IMG/VR virus record: IMGVR_UViG_2710723518_000006
Location: 1-62,124 of that record
From: a virus
Strand: one strand, 5' to 3'
Length of the DNA: 62,124 nt
Both the position numbers and the translations under genes were made by a program. The notes beneath the pieces are model-generated. The model was given only the letters and a program-made list of their open reading frames with translations. It made no database searches and was not told the origin of the DNA. Positions 52,173-61,800 of this stretch are shown in pieces (positions within the stretch are counted from its first letter, which is position 1; every line of letters starts with the position of its first letter).

Positions 52173-52364
52173 TCAGCCGACGGGTTCGGGCGCGGGCGCT
52201 CCCGGTGGAATGGCCGGCTCCACGAACCGCCAGCCCGGCGGCGCATTGACCGTGATCCGCGCCTGATCTCGCCGCGTGCGGTGGACCCGGACGCGGATTT
52301 GCTCGCCGTCCCGCTCGATCACGATTTCTTCCCCCTCGCTCACGTCGCGCGTCCTGGCGTTCAT
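52173..52364 (-). CDS. Distant CsrA-like small protein (tentative)
   Basis: SD GGGAGG then ATG at 52364 (ATGA overlap). EEIVIERDGEQIRVRVHRTRRDQARITVNAPPGWRFVE is collinear with the I-IGD--I-V---G--VRIGI-AP----R-E pattern. Confidence 0.4.
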   Translation of the reverse strand: MNARTRDVSEGEEIVIERDGEQIRVRVHRTRRDQARITVNAPPGWRFVEPAIPPGAPAPEPVG

Positions 52365-52912
52365 GGGGTTCCTCCCTTCGCATGGGGTTGTCCTTTCGTC
52401 CGATCGTCGATCCTGTGGCATTCTGGGGCCTCTCGTGGGCATCCTGGTGCCTCTCGCGGATATTCCAGCCGGCCCTGGAGCCACTGGTCGTAATCGCAGA
52501 CCGGCCAGTCGACGTAGCCGAGGTGACCGGGCAGCAGGTGTGCCACGAGCGCGGCTTTGTGCTGCGCGACCAGTGGGCGGAATCTCGCGATATCCTCTTG
52601 ACGGCCGGCGAGTCGGATGCGAAAGTAGGCGGTGTCGGGGATGTATTCTGTTGGTGCTGCAGATGATGGCGGCTCAGAAACTCGAGTTTGTACAGTAGTG
52701 AACAAGTGTCTCTTGACAGTTTGTCCGGCATCCAGCCGCTCCATCTCCGGGCCGTCCGCAGGACCCCCCTCCGCGACCTCCCCCGATGGGGTGGCCACGA
52801 GGGAGCAGGTGATACCGCGAGCCGCGAGCAGATTGACGACCATCTGCGGCGTCATGGTCGCTGTCGGAGTTGCCGGGTTCTCCGGAGTCGCCGGAGTCAT
52901 TTTGCGACCCAT
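52361..52912 (-). CDS. Hypothetical protein; its N-terminal MTPATP repeat echoes the C-terminus of the primase-helicase
   Basis: MGRKMTPATPENPATPTATMTP... It is translationally coupled to the downstream gene. Confidence 0.45.
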   Translation of the reverse strand: MGRKMTPATPENPATPTATMTPQMVVNLLAARGITCSLVATPSGEVAEGGPADGPEMERLDAGQTVKRHLFTTVQTRVSEPPSSAAPTEYIPDTAYFRIRLAGRQEDIARFRPLVAQHKAALVAHLLPGHLGYVDWPVCDYDQWLQGRLEYPREAPGCPREAPECHRIDDRTKGQPHAKGGTP

Positions 52913-53063
52913 CTAAACCCAGTCCTCCACGATCTCGGTTGCCGGAGTCGCCGGAGTCGCCGGAGTCATTCCCCCTCCTACCCGTTTTTCATCCCCCTTA
53001 CCCCCCTCCCTTGAAAAACTCTGGTTAAGTGAAACGACTCCGGCGACTCCGGCGACTCCGGCG
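52865..53063. repeat. Clusters of a 9-bp unit CGGAGTCGC: two direct clusters (52865-52898, 52935-52967) and one inverted cluster (53036-53063)
   Basis: Read directly: ccggagtcgccggagtcgccggagtc versus gactccggcgactccggcgactccgg. Confidence 0.75.
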
Positions 53064-55912
53064 CTGTCTTTTACATACCAGATCGCAGTCTTTTTGGTGT
53101 TAGTTGTTTGTAGTAAACATTTTCCGTTCAATTTCCTGCCAGAGTATCTACGAAACATCCTTCCGAGTGCATGGATTCCAGGCAATCCGCGTGATTTCGA
53201 CGACTGTAGCTCCTCGATCGCCTCTCGCATCGCGCCAAGGTACTGTTGAGCCGCCGGCAGGAACTCGTCCTCGTGCAAAATCTCGATCAGTTGGGCCGCC
53301 GTAAACCCGATTTGGTTGTTCGGTGGGGTCGGTAGATCGGCCCATCCGGCTAGCAATTTCCGTAGTGCGTTCGTGTCGCTATCTGCCGCCTCGGCCAGTC
53401 CCGCTCGAGTCTCTCCGGGATCCGGTTGGCCGGCCCAGATCAACGCCTGCCTGACCAGATTCGACCAGCCCTCGAACGACCCCCACGGGGCGACGCCGGG
53501 GATGGCTGGCCGGCCGGCTGTACAGTATGCCCTGAGGATCGTTAAGGCGGCCGGAACGAGCCGGTGGCGGTTGTCGTGGGCGTACTGGCGGATGTTCGCG
53601 TGGGCGAAGTCCTGCCGTTCCTCGGGGTTCTCCTCGGGCGATTCCAGGCGGATATGCAGCGTCCGCCGCGCGAGATCGCCGCGGACCTCAACATTGTTGC
53701 CGGTGGCGTACCAGACGGTCAGGAGCGGCAGGGCGTTGGTGTTCTCGGATTTTCCGAGGACGCGATCGACCCAGACTGTGGAAGTGAGGGCGGCGTCGAG
53801 GGATGGGCAGCCGAGCGGGCCGGAGACGTTGTCGATCATTACGGTACGATCGCCGGCTAAAGCTATGGCTGTTATCCGTTTACGCATTTCGTCGTCGAGT
53901 GCCGTGTTGACCGTCCGGGCCATCTCCCGGCCGGTGCAGATGATGCCGGCGATATCGCAGAGTAAGGACTTGCCGGCCCCTCGCACGTTCGCGTCGACCA
54001 GGAAGAGCGGGGCCGGGCCGGTGAATCCGAACCTGGCAAGCGGGGTGAGTACGCTGGCCAGCCATGCGGAGGCGTGGGCCGTGGTCGAAAACGGGAAGTC
54101 GCCCACCACGTCAAGGATGGCCTGGCACGCGGCCGCGGCGTCGGTCTGGGTCGGCGCGTGCGGGACCGGATCGAACTCCTGCGACGGCTGGTAGAGCAGC
54201 CCGGTGTCGTCGTGGTATCCGGCATCGTTCAGGATTGACCCGTCCGGCGTGATGACGGGCGTCTCGACGATCGCCTCCAGGTGTCGGACGGGCCACTCGC
54301 CGCGGTGCATGACGGCCCGGATTGCCCACACTGGCGGGTGGGCTGGGATGGTCTGGAACTCGCCTGGGTCGTCGCGGGCCGGGAGTTGCTTGAGCCAATC
54401 TGCTACCAGGGTGAGCCGCTCGCGTAATCGTGGCTCGGGGAGCGGCACGATTTTGGGGGCGTTGGCCGGCCGGACGATCTTGCGATTTTCGGCCGACTCG
54501 CGGATCACGCCGACCAGGGCGCCGCCACGCTGGTAGACCGCCTCGTCGGCGACCAGGGCAAGCACGGCCTCGTCGATTGTCAGGTGTTCAGCGGTGCGGA
54601 TCGTGACGGTGGGCCGCTCTCCGGCCGGGCGGGAGTAGGGAATGGCGGTGATGCGCGCGTCGCGGATCGCCTGCTCGCCGGCCTCTTGGCTGATCTCGCG
54701 AGTGAGTTTGACCAGAACATCGAGCCAATCGGAGCAGCCGGTCAGGTGGGCCGGCGGCGAGACGATTACTACCTCGATGGCGGCTGGGCCGGATCGCAGC
54801 GAGGCGTTGGCGGCGGCGCACTCCAGAGCCTTGGTGTGCCCCACGTCGCCGGCGTCGGCGTAGATTTCGAGGCGACGGCATCCGGCCGGGGCCTCGAAGG
54901 ATCCCATGCCGCCGGCGGAGACGGTCGACCAGACGGGCAGGTCTGGGCACGCTTGGCGGATCGCAAGGGCGGTCTCGATGCCTTCGGTGATTGCCAGCGT
55001 GGTTCCGGTGGTCTGGGAGAACGGGTACAGGTGGATGGCGGCGCCGGACGCGGAGCCAGGGAAGATCGGCGTTGATAGCTTTTTTGGCGATGGGACCGCG
55101 GCCTTGCCGGGTTGGTAGGGTGAGCCGTCCAGGTAGGTCCGGTGCAGGGCGGCGAGTCCGTGCCGCTCGTGGATGATCTTGGCGACGATCGCAGGGAAGT
55201 CGCCAACGTGCGTGGGTGGGGCGTCCGGGTTGTCGGGCGTCTTCGCCTCCTCGTAGTAGCCGAGCGACTGATGCAGGCGGAGCGTCGGCGGCACTGGGAG
55301 TTTGACTGATAGGCCGCGGTGTTGGAGGTAGGCCGCGATTCGCCCGTTGTCGGGGATGCACTCCGACCAGCGGCGGTTGAGTGCGGCCCGCTTATTGTCG
55401 ACGTCTTTGGTGTCGGCGAGAGCGGCGGCGGACTTCTTTTGGCGGCGTGGTCGCCGTGGTTGACTGGCCCGCTTCGGCGTGGTGCCGTTTTTGCCCGTGG
55501 TTCCCGGCTGGAGTTGCAGGTACTCCGCAACCGCCGTGCGGGCCATCTCGCGATCAGGCCAGTCGTTCAACCAGCACAGCAAATTGAACCCGTCGGACGC
55601 CTCTCCGCACGAATTGCAGACCGCGCCGCCGGTTTCGTTCGCGTCGTCGAACAACCGAAAAGCGTCCGCGTGCTTGCCGCCGTGGACGGGGCATTCGTGG
55701 TGTTTGGTCGATCCCACGGTTGCGATCGCGTCTTTGATCTGCGGGGCGAGCGCGGAGAGGATTTGCAGCCAACGGCCGCGCGCGGCGTCGATGACCTCGC
55801 GCCACGGGACGCGGCAATGTGGTGAAGGAAGGTTACTTCGAGTAGATTCCGCCCCGGATGATTCGTTGACTATGTTTGGCTCCGGCAGATCGGTCGGGAG
55901 ATTGATCGGCAT
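52913..55912 (-). CDS. Primase-helicase (zinc-binding plus Toprim primase N-terminal half, P-loop SF3/D5-like helicase C-terminal half)
   Basis: HECPVHGGKHADAFRLF...CNSCG; ITEGIETALAI (Toprim); VDANVRGAGKSLLCD (Walker A). Confidence 0.8.
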   Translation of the reverse strand: MPINLPTDLPEPNIVNESSGAESTRSNLPSPHCRVPWREVIDAARGRWLQILSALAPQIKDAIATVGSTKHHECPVHGGKHADAFRLFDDANETGGAVCNSCGEASDGFNLLCWLNDWPDREMARTAVAEYLQLQPGTTGKNGTTPKRASQPRRPRRQKKSAAALADTKDVDNKRAALNRRWSECIPDNGRIAAYLQHRGLSVKLPVPPTLRLHQSLGYYEEAKTPDNPDAPPTHVGDFPAIVAKIIHERHGLAALHRTYLDGSPYQPGKAAVPSPKKLSTPIFPGSASGAAIHLYPFSQTTGTTLAITEGIETALAIRQACPDLPVWSTVSAGGMGSFEAPAGCRRLEIYADAGDVGHTKALECAAANASLRSGPAAIEVVIVSPPAHLTGCSDWLDVLVKLTREISQEAGEQAIRDARITAIPYSRPAGERPTVTIRTAEHLTIDEAVLALVADEAVYQRGGALVGVIRESAENRKIVRPANAPKIVPLPEPRLRERLTLVADWLKQLPARDDPGEFQTIPAHPPVWAIRAVMHRGEWPVRHLEAIVETPVITPDGSILNDAGYHDDTGLLYQPSQEFDPVPHAPTQTDAAAACQAILDVVGDFPFSTTAHASAWLASVLTPLARFGFTGPAPLFLVDANVRGAGKSLLCDIAGIICTGREMARTVNTALDDEMRKRITAIALAGDRTVMIDNVSGPLGCPSLDAALTSTVWVDRVLGKSENTNALPLLTVWYATGNNVEVRGDLARRTLHIRLESPEENPEERQDFAHANIRQYAHDNRHRLVPAALTILRAYCTAGRPAIPGVAPWGSFEGWSNLVRQALIWAGQPDPGETRAGLAEAADSDTNALRKLLAGWADLPTPPNNQIGFTAAQLIEILHEDEFLPAAQQYLGAMREAIEELQSSKSRGLPGIHALGRMFRRYSGRKLNGKCLLQTTNTKKTAIWYVKDSAGVAGVAGVVSLNQSFSREGGKGDEKRVGGGMTPATPATPATEIVEDWV

Positions 55913-56471
55913 TTGAGGCGTTCCCTCGCTGCTGTGCGTGCATCTGTCCTGACGACTTTCGTTCTTCTTGGCGGTCCTTCCAGAAGCGTTCCAGTATCCG
56001 GAAGGTGGTAATTTCGGCTAGCCGGCGCCCGTCCATCGCGAACCAGTGGACCCGTGGGAACCGCTGCGAATAGGCGATGATCGACCGGTAAACGCTCTTG
56101 GGAGGCAACTTCGTGTGGGGCGGCGGCGAGTTGATAATTTCACGCCAGTCGGCCTCGATCACGACGGCGGCGAATCGCATGGCATCGAGGCGGACGATCT
56201 CGCGATCGAACCGCTCCCGCTCCCGGCCCAGTGTGCCGTAGAGATCCTCGATTGACTTCCGCTCGACCGAGACGAGCAACTCCATTCCCTCGATCGAGTA
56301 GTCGCCGGTGGCCAGCGTGCGGGTGACGACCGGGATGATGAGCGGCCGGTTGCGGTCCCGCGCGTCGCCGTGAATGCCGTCGAACGACCAAGGGGCTTGC
56401 TCGCGAGTGTCCGTTACCACGCGGAAAGGGCAGATATCCGGCTCGTTTGGATCGCGTTTCTTTCTCGCCAT
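55833..56471 (-). CDS. ERCC4-type nuclease domain protein
   Basis: LATGDYSIEGMELLVSVERKSIEDL (GDY...ERK signature). Its tail overlaps the primase start by ~80 nt. Confidence 0.65.
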   Translation of the reverse strand: MARKKRDPNEPDICPFRVVTDTREQAPWSFDGIHGDARDRNRPLIIPVVTRTLATGDYSIEGMELLVSVERKSIEDLYGTLGRERERFDREIVRLDAMRFAAVVIEADWREIINSPPPHTKLPPKSVYRSIIAYSQRFPRVHWFAMDGRRLAEITTFRILERFWKDRQEERKSSGQMHAQQRGNASNADQSPDRSAGAKHSQRIIRGGIYSK

Positions 56472-58723
56472 CACACAAGAACCTCCTGTTCTTTCGGAAT
56501 CAATACCGGCGCGTTTTCCGCCAGCATTTCCACGAGGAAAGTTTTCCGGTCACGAAGCGAAATCCGCTTGCACTGGCGGGACACGGTGTCCGACCTTCCA
56601 AGGATGATGCACCGCTCCGATGCACGGCTCGCGGCGGTGTACCAAAGTTCTCGGCTGGCTACTCTGCCGGCCGCTTCGTCGGCGATGACGACCACTACGG
56701 GCCATTGGCTGCCTTGAGATTTGTGGACCGTGATCGCGTAGCCGAGCGTGAATGATTTGGCTTTGTCCCCCTTCACGGGGATCTTCAATTCGCGCGGTCC
56801 TTCGCCGGTGTCCGGAAATGAAAACTCGACGTGTGAGACTGAGATAGCGGAGACTCGCCCCTGCTCGCCGTTATAGACCGCCGCCTTGACTTGCGCGGAC
56901 TCGCGCGTCGGGTAGTGGCCATTGTCGAGGCAAATCACTTTGTCGCCGACGCGGTACTCTGATCCATTGACGGTCTCGCCTGTGGGATTACATAGCCGCT
57001 GGAGGAACGTGTTGAGTTTCTCACGCGAGACGGGCGACTGCTTGTTGAGCGGCGTCAATACCTGGATGTCTTCAAACACGTTCCGCCGCCCGCCGGCGAT
57101 CGCCGCCTGATAGATCCGCTGCAACTCGTTCACGACTGCCGCCCCGTCGCTGGCCGGCGTCAGCACGAGATTAACTTCCGGGCCGTCGAATCGCTGGGCA
57201 AACATCGGCCGCGTTCCCTCTTTGATCGCGCGGCACGCGAAGACGATCAGCCCGGAGTTGCGGCGGATCTCGGTGAGCAGCCCGCACGGGACGCCTGCCT
57301 GGATCATGTCGCGCAGCGGCGCCCCGTGGCCGACCGGAGGTAACTGGTACGGATCGCCGACTAGGAGTATGTGCGTCGACGGCCGGCAGGCGCGGAGCAG
57401 GGATGCAAACAGGTCGACGTCCAACATGCTTGCCTCGTCGACGATGATGAATTTTTCATCCAGCGGACTGTTCTCGTCGTGGGCGAATCCCCACTCGCCA
57501 GACCCGTGGCCGTTCTCAGGATCGCGCGGCTCTAGGAGCCGGTGAATCGTCCGGCCGCGCAGAGCCAGCCCTTTGGCGATCATCGTCTCTGTGGTCCGCA
57601 CTGCCGCTTTACCGGTCGGCGCGACGATCGCAATATCGCCGTCCGTGTAGGCCGCGACGATGGCCTGGATGACTGCTGCGGCGGTGTAGGTTTTGCCGGT
57701 CCCCGGAGTCCCGGCGAGAATCGCGATCTGGCCGGTGAGCGCCTGTGCGAGTTGCTCTTGCTGGTGGAGAGACAGGTTCATATCGTGGACCGCCGGCCAG
57801 TTACTGGGAGAGTGCATCATCCGACCGACGATCCTTGCAACGATCCGCTCGTTCTTCGCTTTGGTCGCGTCGGCCAGCCAGGTGTTTCCGTTCTCGCGGT
57901 GGACCGCCAGCATCCCCGCCCGGCGTGCTAGCCGCATTGCCTTGATTGGATTGATCTTGTTTGTGCCGGCGATCTTCGCCCGGATCGCCTTGACCGCCAC
58001 TTCGGGCCGGTGCCAGGTGTGGCCGGCCCCGTCGTTCCGAAGCCCCCACCAGGCGCACAAGGCTTGCCGTTTGAGCCGGGCCGGATCGCCTCCCAGCTTG
58101 AGGTAGAGTGTGTCACAGCGAGAGAACCCAGATCCTTTGATCCCCTGCGTCATTAACAGGAATGCGTCACGGCGGACCAATGACGGAGCCTTGATGCCCC
58201 AGCGGTCGATCGCCTCTTGGATGGTCGCACCGTGGAAGCCGCCGCCGGCGAAGAGGCCCATGAGTTCGATCTTGGAATCTTCGAGTCGCGCGTCACGCTG
58301 GAGTATTTCCGCTGCTTTGGTCGCGCCGGCCAGATCACAGCCGATCTCCGCCGCCACCATGGCCGGTTCCATGCGCAACTTGCGAACCGCGTCGGCATGG
58401 TACTGGTCGAACATCCGGCCGGCGGTGACTTCGCCTATCCCGGTCCTGTGGCCGGCGATGGCACGGAGGATGTATTGAACAACCGCCTCTCGCGAGTGAG
58501 GCAGGTCCTTGACGTGGCAGATGAACGCGAATTGCTGGCCGTAATTTGGATCGTTGACCCACTTGCCGAAGAACCGGTACGCGATCCCTGGCTGCAATTC
58601 GGCTGGCTCTGCGGACCCCTTGACCACGGTGCCGGACTCGAGGAACCCGATCACGTAGTCGCCATCGGCGCTCACCCAGCGGGTGCGATCGAACACGCCG
58701 GACAGTTCTTCGTGGGTCGCCAT
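56471..58723 (-). CDS. RecD-like SF1 DNA helicase
   Basis: ILAGTPGTGKTYTAA, FIIVDEASMLD, LLVGDPYQLPPVGHG, TVHKSQGSQWPVV, YTAASRA. Confidence 0.85.
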   Translation of the reverse strand: MATHEELSGVFDRTRWVSADGDYVIGFLESGTVVKGSAEPAELQPGIAYRFFGKWVNDPNYGQQFAFICHVKDLPHSREAVVQYILRAIAGHRTGIGEVTAGRMFDQYHADAVRKLRMEPAMVAAEIGCDLAGATKAAEILQRDARLEDSKIELMGLFAGGGFHGATIQEAIDRWGIKAPSLVRRDAFLLMTQGIKGSGFSRCDTLYLKLGGDPARLKRQALCAWWGLRNDGAGHTWHRPEVAVKAIRAKIAGTNKINPIKAMRLARRAGMLAVHRENGNTWLADATKAKNERIVARIVGRMMHSPSNWPAVHDMNLSLHQQEQLAQALTGQIAILAGTPGTGKTYTAAAVIQAIVAAYTDGDIAIVAPTGKAAVRTTETMIAKGLALRGRTIHRLLEPRDPENGHGSGEWGFAHDENSPLDEKFIIVDEASMLDVDLFASLLRACRPSTHILLVGDPYQLPPVGHGAPLRDMIQAGVPCGLLTEIRRNSGLIVFACRAIKEGTRPMFAQRFDGPEVNLVLTPASDGAAVVNELQRIYQAAIAGGRRNVFEDIQVLTPLNKQSPVSREKLNTFLQRLCNPTGETVNGSEYRVGDKVICLDNGHYPTRESAQVKAAVYNGEQGRVSAISVSHVEFSFPDTGEGPRELKIPVKGDKAKSFTLGYAITVHKSQGSQWPVVVVIADEAAGRVASRELWYTAASRASERCIILGRSDTVSRQCKRISLRDRKTFLVEMLAENAPVLIPKEQEVLV

Positions 58724-58781
58724 CGCCGCCGCTCCGTGCCGCTCAGTCGTTACCGTCTCTACTGCCGTTGCCGATAGAGGG

Positions 58782-58817
58782 GGCCGGCGACCAGGGAGTA
58801 AGGTCTGATCGCCGGCC
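58782..58817 (-). promoter_or_regulatory. 13-bp stem hairpin (one mismatch) in the gap after the SSB-like gene
   Basis: ggccggcgaccag-ggagtaaggt-ctgatcgccggcc. No U-tract follows. Confidence 0.3.
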
Positions 58818-58851
58818 GGGAAAGGACTTCGTTACCTACGTCGACAGTCGG

Positions 58852-59532
58852 TTAGATGTCGTCGTAGGCTGACTTGCCGGCAGCAGCGGTTGCGGCTGCT
58901 GTTGCTGGTTGACGGGCCGGTGTCGCAGATTTTGCAGTGGACGGCTTCTTCGCTGTGCCCCCGTTGCCGTTGGTCGCGGCCTTTGCTGGCGGCGTTGCGA
59001 GTGCTGCCGCATCGTTTGGCGTGATCCCCAGCAAAGTGAGATGGTCGGCAGACATGACAGCGTTTTTGGATTGTTCGCTCATCACGTCGTAAATGCGGAA
59101 GAAAATCTCCGGATACCGTCCCTTCTCGCCGGTGGATTTGTTGGTTCGCTCCTTGCCGAGCTTCCATTCCACGACAGCCTGCCCGACTCCGATCGCCTGG
59201 GCGAAGTCCAGGGAGATGTTCTCGCCATCCTCTTTCGCCGCCCGGTAATCCTCCCTGGTCAGCATTCGCAACGCAAAGGCATAGTGGTAGAGTTTTTTGA
59301 CGGCCGTGCCGTCCTTTTCGGCGTCGTCGCCTTTCGGATACCACAGACGCTCGTAGCAGTTCTTCCCGGCGTTTTCACTTGGTGAGACGACCACAAATTT
59401 CAGGTTGCAACTATTTCCGTCCTCGGCTTCATCTGCCGATACAAGTTGGACATGGTGCCAGCCAGGATCGGCCGTGCCGCCGTGATTGTCGAAATCGTCC
59501 TCTTCAAATTCGGTGGGTAGATCAACTGCCAT
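58852..59532 (-). CDS. DUF669-like single-strand DNA-binding-type protein with acidic C-terminal tip
   Basis: Typical partner of Sak4-like ATPases. It has a low-complexity Ala/Thr/Lys tail ending SAYDDI. Confidence 0.55.
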   Translation of the reverse strand: MAVDLPTEFEEDDFDNHGGTADPGWHHVQLVSADEAEDGNSCNLKFVVVSPSENAGKNCYERLWYPKGDDAEKDGTAVKKLYHYAFALRMLTREDYRAAKEDGENISLDFAQAIGVGQAVVEWKLGKERTNKSTGEKGRYPEIFFRIYDVMSEQSKNAVMSADHLTLLGITPNDAAALATPPAKAATNGNGGTAKKPSTAKSATPARQPATAAATAAAGKSAYDDI

Positions 59533-59760
59533 TGTGCTTTCCCTTTCCCAAAGAAACACGGAACTAACGAGACTGCTTGGAACGCTTCTGGACTTCTGCC
59601 ATCACACGATTACTCTCGCCAACCTGATGGCAAAGGGTCGGCGGATACCCGAGAACTTCGAGGCCGATGGCGTAAATGACATCGGCACCATACGCCTGTA
59701 CTGCCCCCCGGAGAACCAGCGGCCATGATTTGTCGTCCGCTGCGTCGGCCGGGGGGCCGG

Positions 59761-61167
59761 TCAAAAAGGGGGATCGTCCGGCCCGTCCGGCGCCGTCTGC
59801 CGATCCACGGCTGCCATGAGCGCGTCGATCAGTTCCGCCGCCTGTTCCGGCGTCAACTCCTTGGCGGACTTCACCCCACGTTTCGCGAGGATCTTCTCGC
59901 GGTAGGTTTCTCGCGGCATGCCGCCGGTCACCAGGTCGTTGACCAGTGCGACGATCTGGTCGAGTTGGTCTGAGTGTGGGCCGACGCCGGGAGTGATAGG
60001 TACGTTCAACGGGTCGGTCAGTTCAGAGGGAACGGCCGGCTCTGTGATGGCCGATGACGTGTCCGCTTCCGTCGTAGTTGTCGATTCTACTGTGGCCGGC
60101 TCCGCTGCGTCGTGCTGGCCGTTGCCATTGGCCTCCACGGGCGCAGTCGTCGCCGCGGCCGCTCCCCGTGGCTTCCGTGCCGGCTTCTTGTTGGCCGCGA
60201 GCCGGACCTGCCCCTCCAGCCAAGTGATCGTCTCATCAGCCTCGGTCGCCTTGAGTTGGTAGAGAGCGTCGCAACCGAATTTTTTCACGGTCTCAACTGT
60301 CACGCGGCCGATCTTCCACGAGAGTTGCTCTGCCAATTCCACGATTCGATTGCACTGGTCGTCGGTGCATTTCGGGGCGATCCGCGGCGGATCGGTGACG
60401 GTTCCGGTGTCGAGCCAGTCGATGATCGGAGCCATGAACCCGGCTCCCGCTTTGACGACTGTCAATCCATCGACGGACGGGCAGCGGGTTTTGGTCACGG
60501 TCAGGATGTGGGACCAGTCGAGCGATCCGTAAATGTCGAACTCGTACTCCATCCCCTGCCGCTGGATCGGGGCCATGCCGACTTTTCGAGGAACCTGTTT
60601 TGGTTTGCCGTCCTTGCCGGCCTGCTCTTCAAGGATGTACTCCGTCTTACTTCGCATCGTGCAGATGACGTGCGCGGTCGAATTGAGGATCGCGTCGACC
60701 ATCCGCCGGTGCATGGGCGTCACGTCCTTCCAGGCGGTGTAGCTGTTCCCTGGTGTCCTGCCCACCAACTCCAGGGAGCCGTCCTTCCCTTCCCACGCAT
60801 GGGAGAGGCTATCAACGATCACAACCTCGTACCCAGCACGGCACGCTTCCTCGATCGCCGCGGTGTACTCGGTCGGACTGAACGACGACAGGTGCAGAAT
60901 GTCGAACTCCCACGTCTGGCCGGCGTGGTCCGGGTCCGGCAGCCCGACGTACTTTTCCGCCGCGTCGTCGTCCTGGCTTCCCTCGGTGCCGATGACAGCG
61001 ACCTTACGAGACGGTGATAGCGCGAACGCGCATCGCAGAGCCGTGTACGTCTTGCCGCTGCCGCTCGGCCCGTCGATAGCCATGCGGAGCTTGAGTTGCC
61101 GCCTGGTCCCTTTGCGGAATCGTTTGCTGGCCACTGTGGCCGTTGCTGTTGCCGTTGCTGTTGCCAT
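59761..61167 (-). CDS. RecA-fold ATPase, Sak4/AAA_24-like, with a long C-terminal extension
   Basis: ATG at 61167: MATATATATATV...IDGPSGSGKTYTAL...VVIVDSLSHAWEG. Confidence 0.7.
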   Translation of the reverse strand: MATATATATATVASKRFRKGTRRQLKLRMAIDGPSGSGKTYTALRCAFALSPSRKVAVIGTEGSQDDDAAEKYVGLPDPDHAGQTWEFDILHLSSFSPTEYTAAIEEACRAGYEVVIVDSLSHAWEGKDGSLELVGRTPGNSYTAWKDVTPMHRRMVDAILNSTAHVICTMRSKTEYILEEQAGKDGKPKQVPRKVGMAPIQRQGMEYEFDIYGSLDWSHILTVTKTRCPSVDGLTVVKAGAGFMAPIIDWLDTGTVTDPPRIAPKCTDDQCNRIVELAEQLSWKIGRVTVETVKKFGCDALYQLKATEADETITWLEGQVRLAANKKPARKPRGAAAATTAPVEANGNGQHDAAEPATVESTTTTEADTSSAITEPAVPSELTDPLNVPITPGVGPHSDQLDQIVALVNDLVTGGMPRETYREKILAKRGVKSAKELTPEQAAELIDALMAAVDRQTAPDGPDDPPF

Positions 61168-61267
61168 GTCCTCTCCCCTTTCCTTTTCCCTTGAAATTCG
61201 GCCCCGGACGGAAAACATCCTGATCCGCCGGGGCCGGTCCCAACGCCGGCCTCGTCGCCGTGCAATT

Positions 61268-61537
61268 TCAAACGTACTCGTCGATGTCCCGTGATCGCTC
61301 CTCTTCGCACTTACGGCAGTAGTGGGCACCATAGGCGTCCTCGCCGCAACTCAGGCAGTGCCACGGAGCAGTATCGGTTTCCTCCGACGGCCCCTCTTGC
61401 GCGAGAGCGATGAGCCGATTGCGTTCCTCCCAATCCGCCATGTCTCGCGCTCGGCAGGTTTCGCAGCATCCCGGCTGAAAAACACCGGCGGCCAATCGCG
61501 TCTCGCGGTGGCACACGCAACAGATAAACGTCGTCAT
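61268..61537 (-). CDS. Cys-rich zinc-ribbon protein
   Basis: SD GGAGG then ATG at 61537 (ATGA overlap). CCVCH...CCETC...CLSCG...CRKCE. Confidence 0.5.
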   Translation of the reverse strand: MTTFICCVCHRETRLAAGVFQPGCCETCRARDMADWEERNRLIALAQEGPSEETDTAPWHCLSCGEDAYGAHYCRKCEEERSRDIDEYV

Positions 61538-61800
61538 CGTCCTGCCTCCGCTGCCAGTCGTTTGCCGTCCGCCGTTACCGGGTGCCACTTCCGCCGTTGT
61601 TCCGCCAGCCAATCAGTCAATGTGCCGAGCTTGCCGGCCGGGTTGATCTGCGGCCGCGTGCCGCGTGCCCGCTTGGCTCCGAGCGATCGCCAGAGCAGGC
61701 ATTCGCATCGTTCGACGATTTCGAGCCGGTTAAGTTCCCGATCGATCCGCTGCGTGTGGTTCAGGACGCGGCGGAATTGGCGTGCTTCGTCGATGGTCAT
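61534..61800 (-). CDS. Small protein, paralog of 377-631
   Basis: ATG at 61800 (ATGA overlap with the pentapeptide gene stop): MTIDEARQFRRVLNHTQRIDRELNRLEIVERCECLL...RPQIN...QRRKW. Confidence 0.6.
   Translation of the reverse strand: MTIDEARQFRRVLNHTQRIDRELNRLEIVERCECLLWRSLGAKRARGTRPQINPAGKLGTLTDWLAEQRRKWHPVTADGKRLAAEAGR

Noticed and set aside
59564-59764. 66-aa ORF in the 228-nt gap between the Sak4-like and SSB-like genes
   Set aside because: It has only a TTG start, no SD and no recognisable features. It may be real but is not supportable from sequence alone.
61168-61267. GGCCCCGG...CCGGGGCC inverted repeat between the zinc-ribbon gene and the Sak4-like gene, read as a terminator
   Set aside because: The loop is ~20 nt and no U-tract follows, so the evidence is too weak to call.
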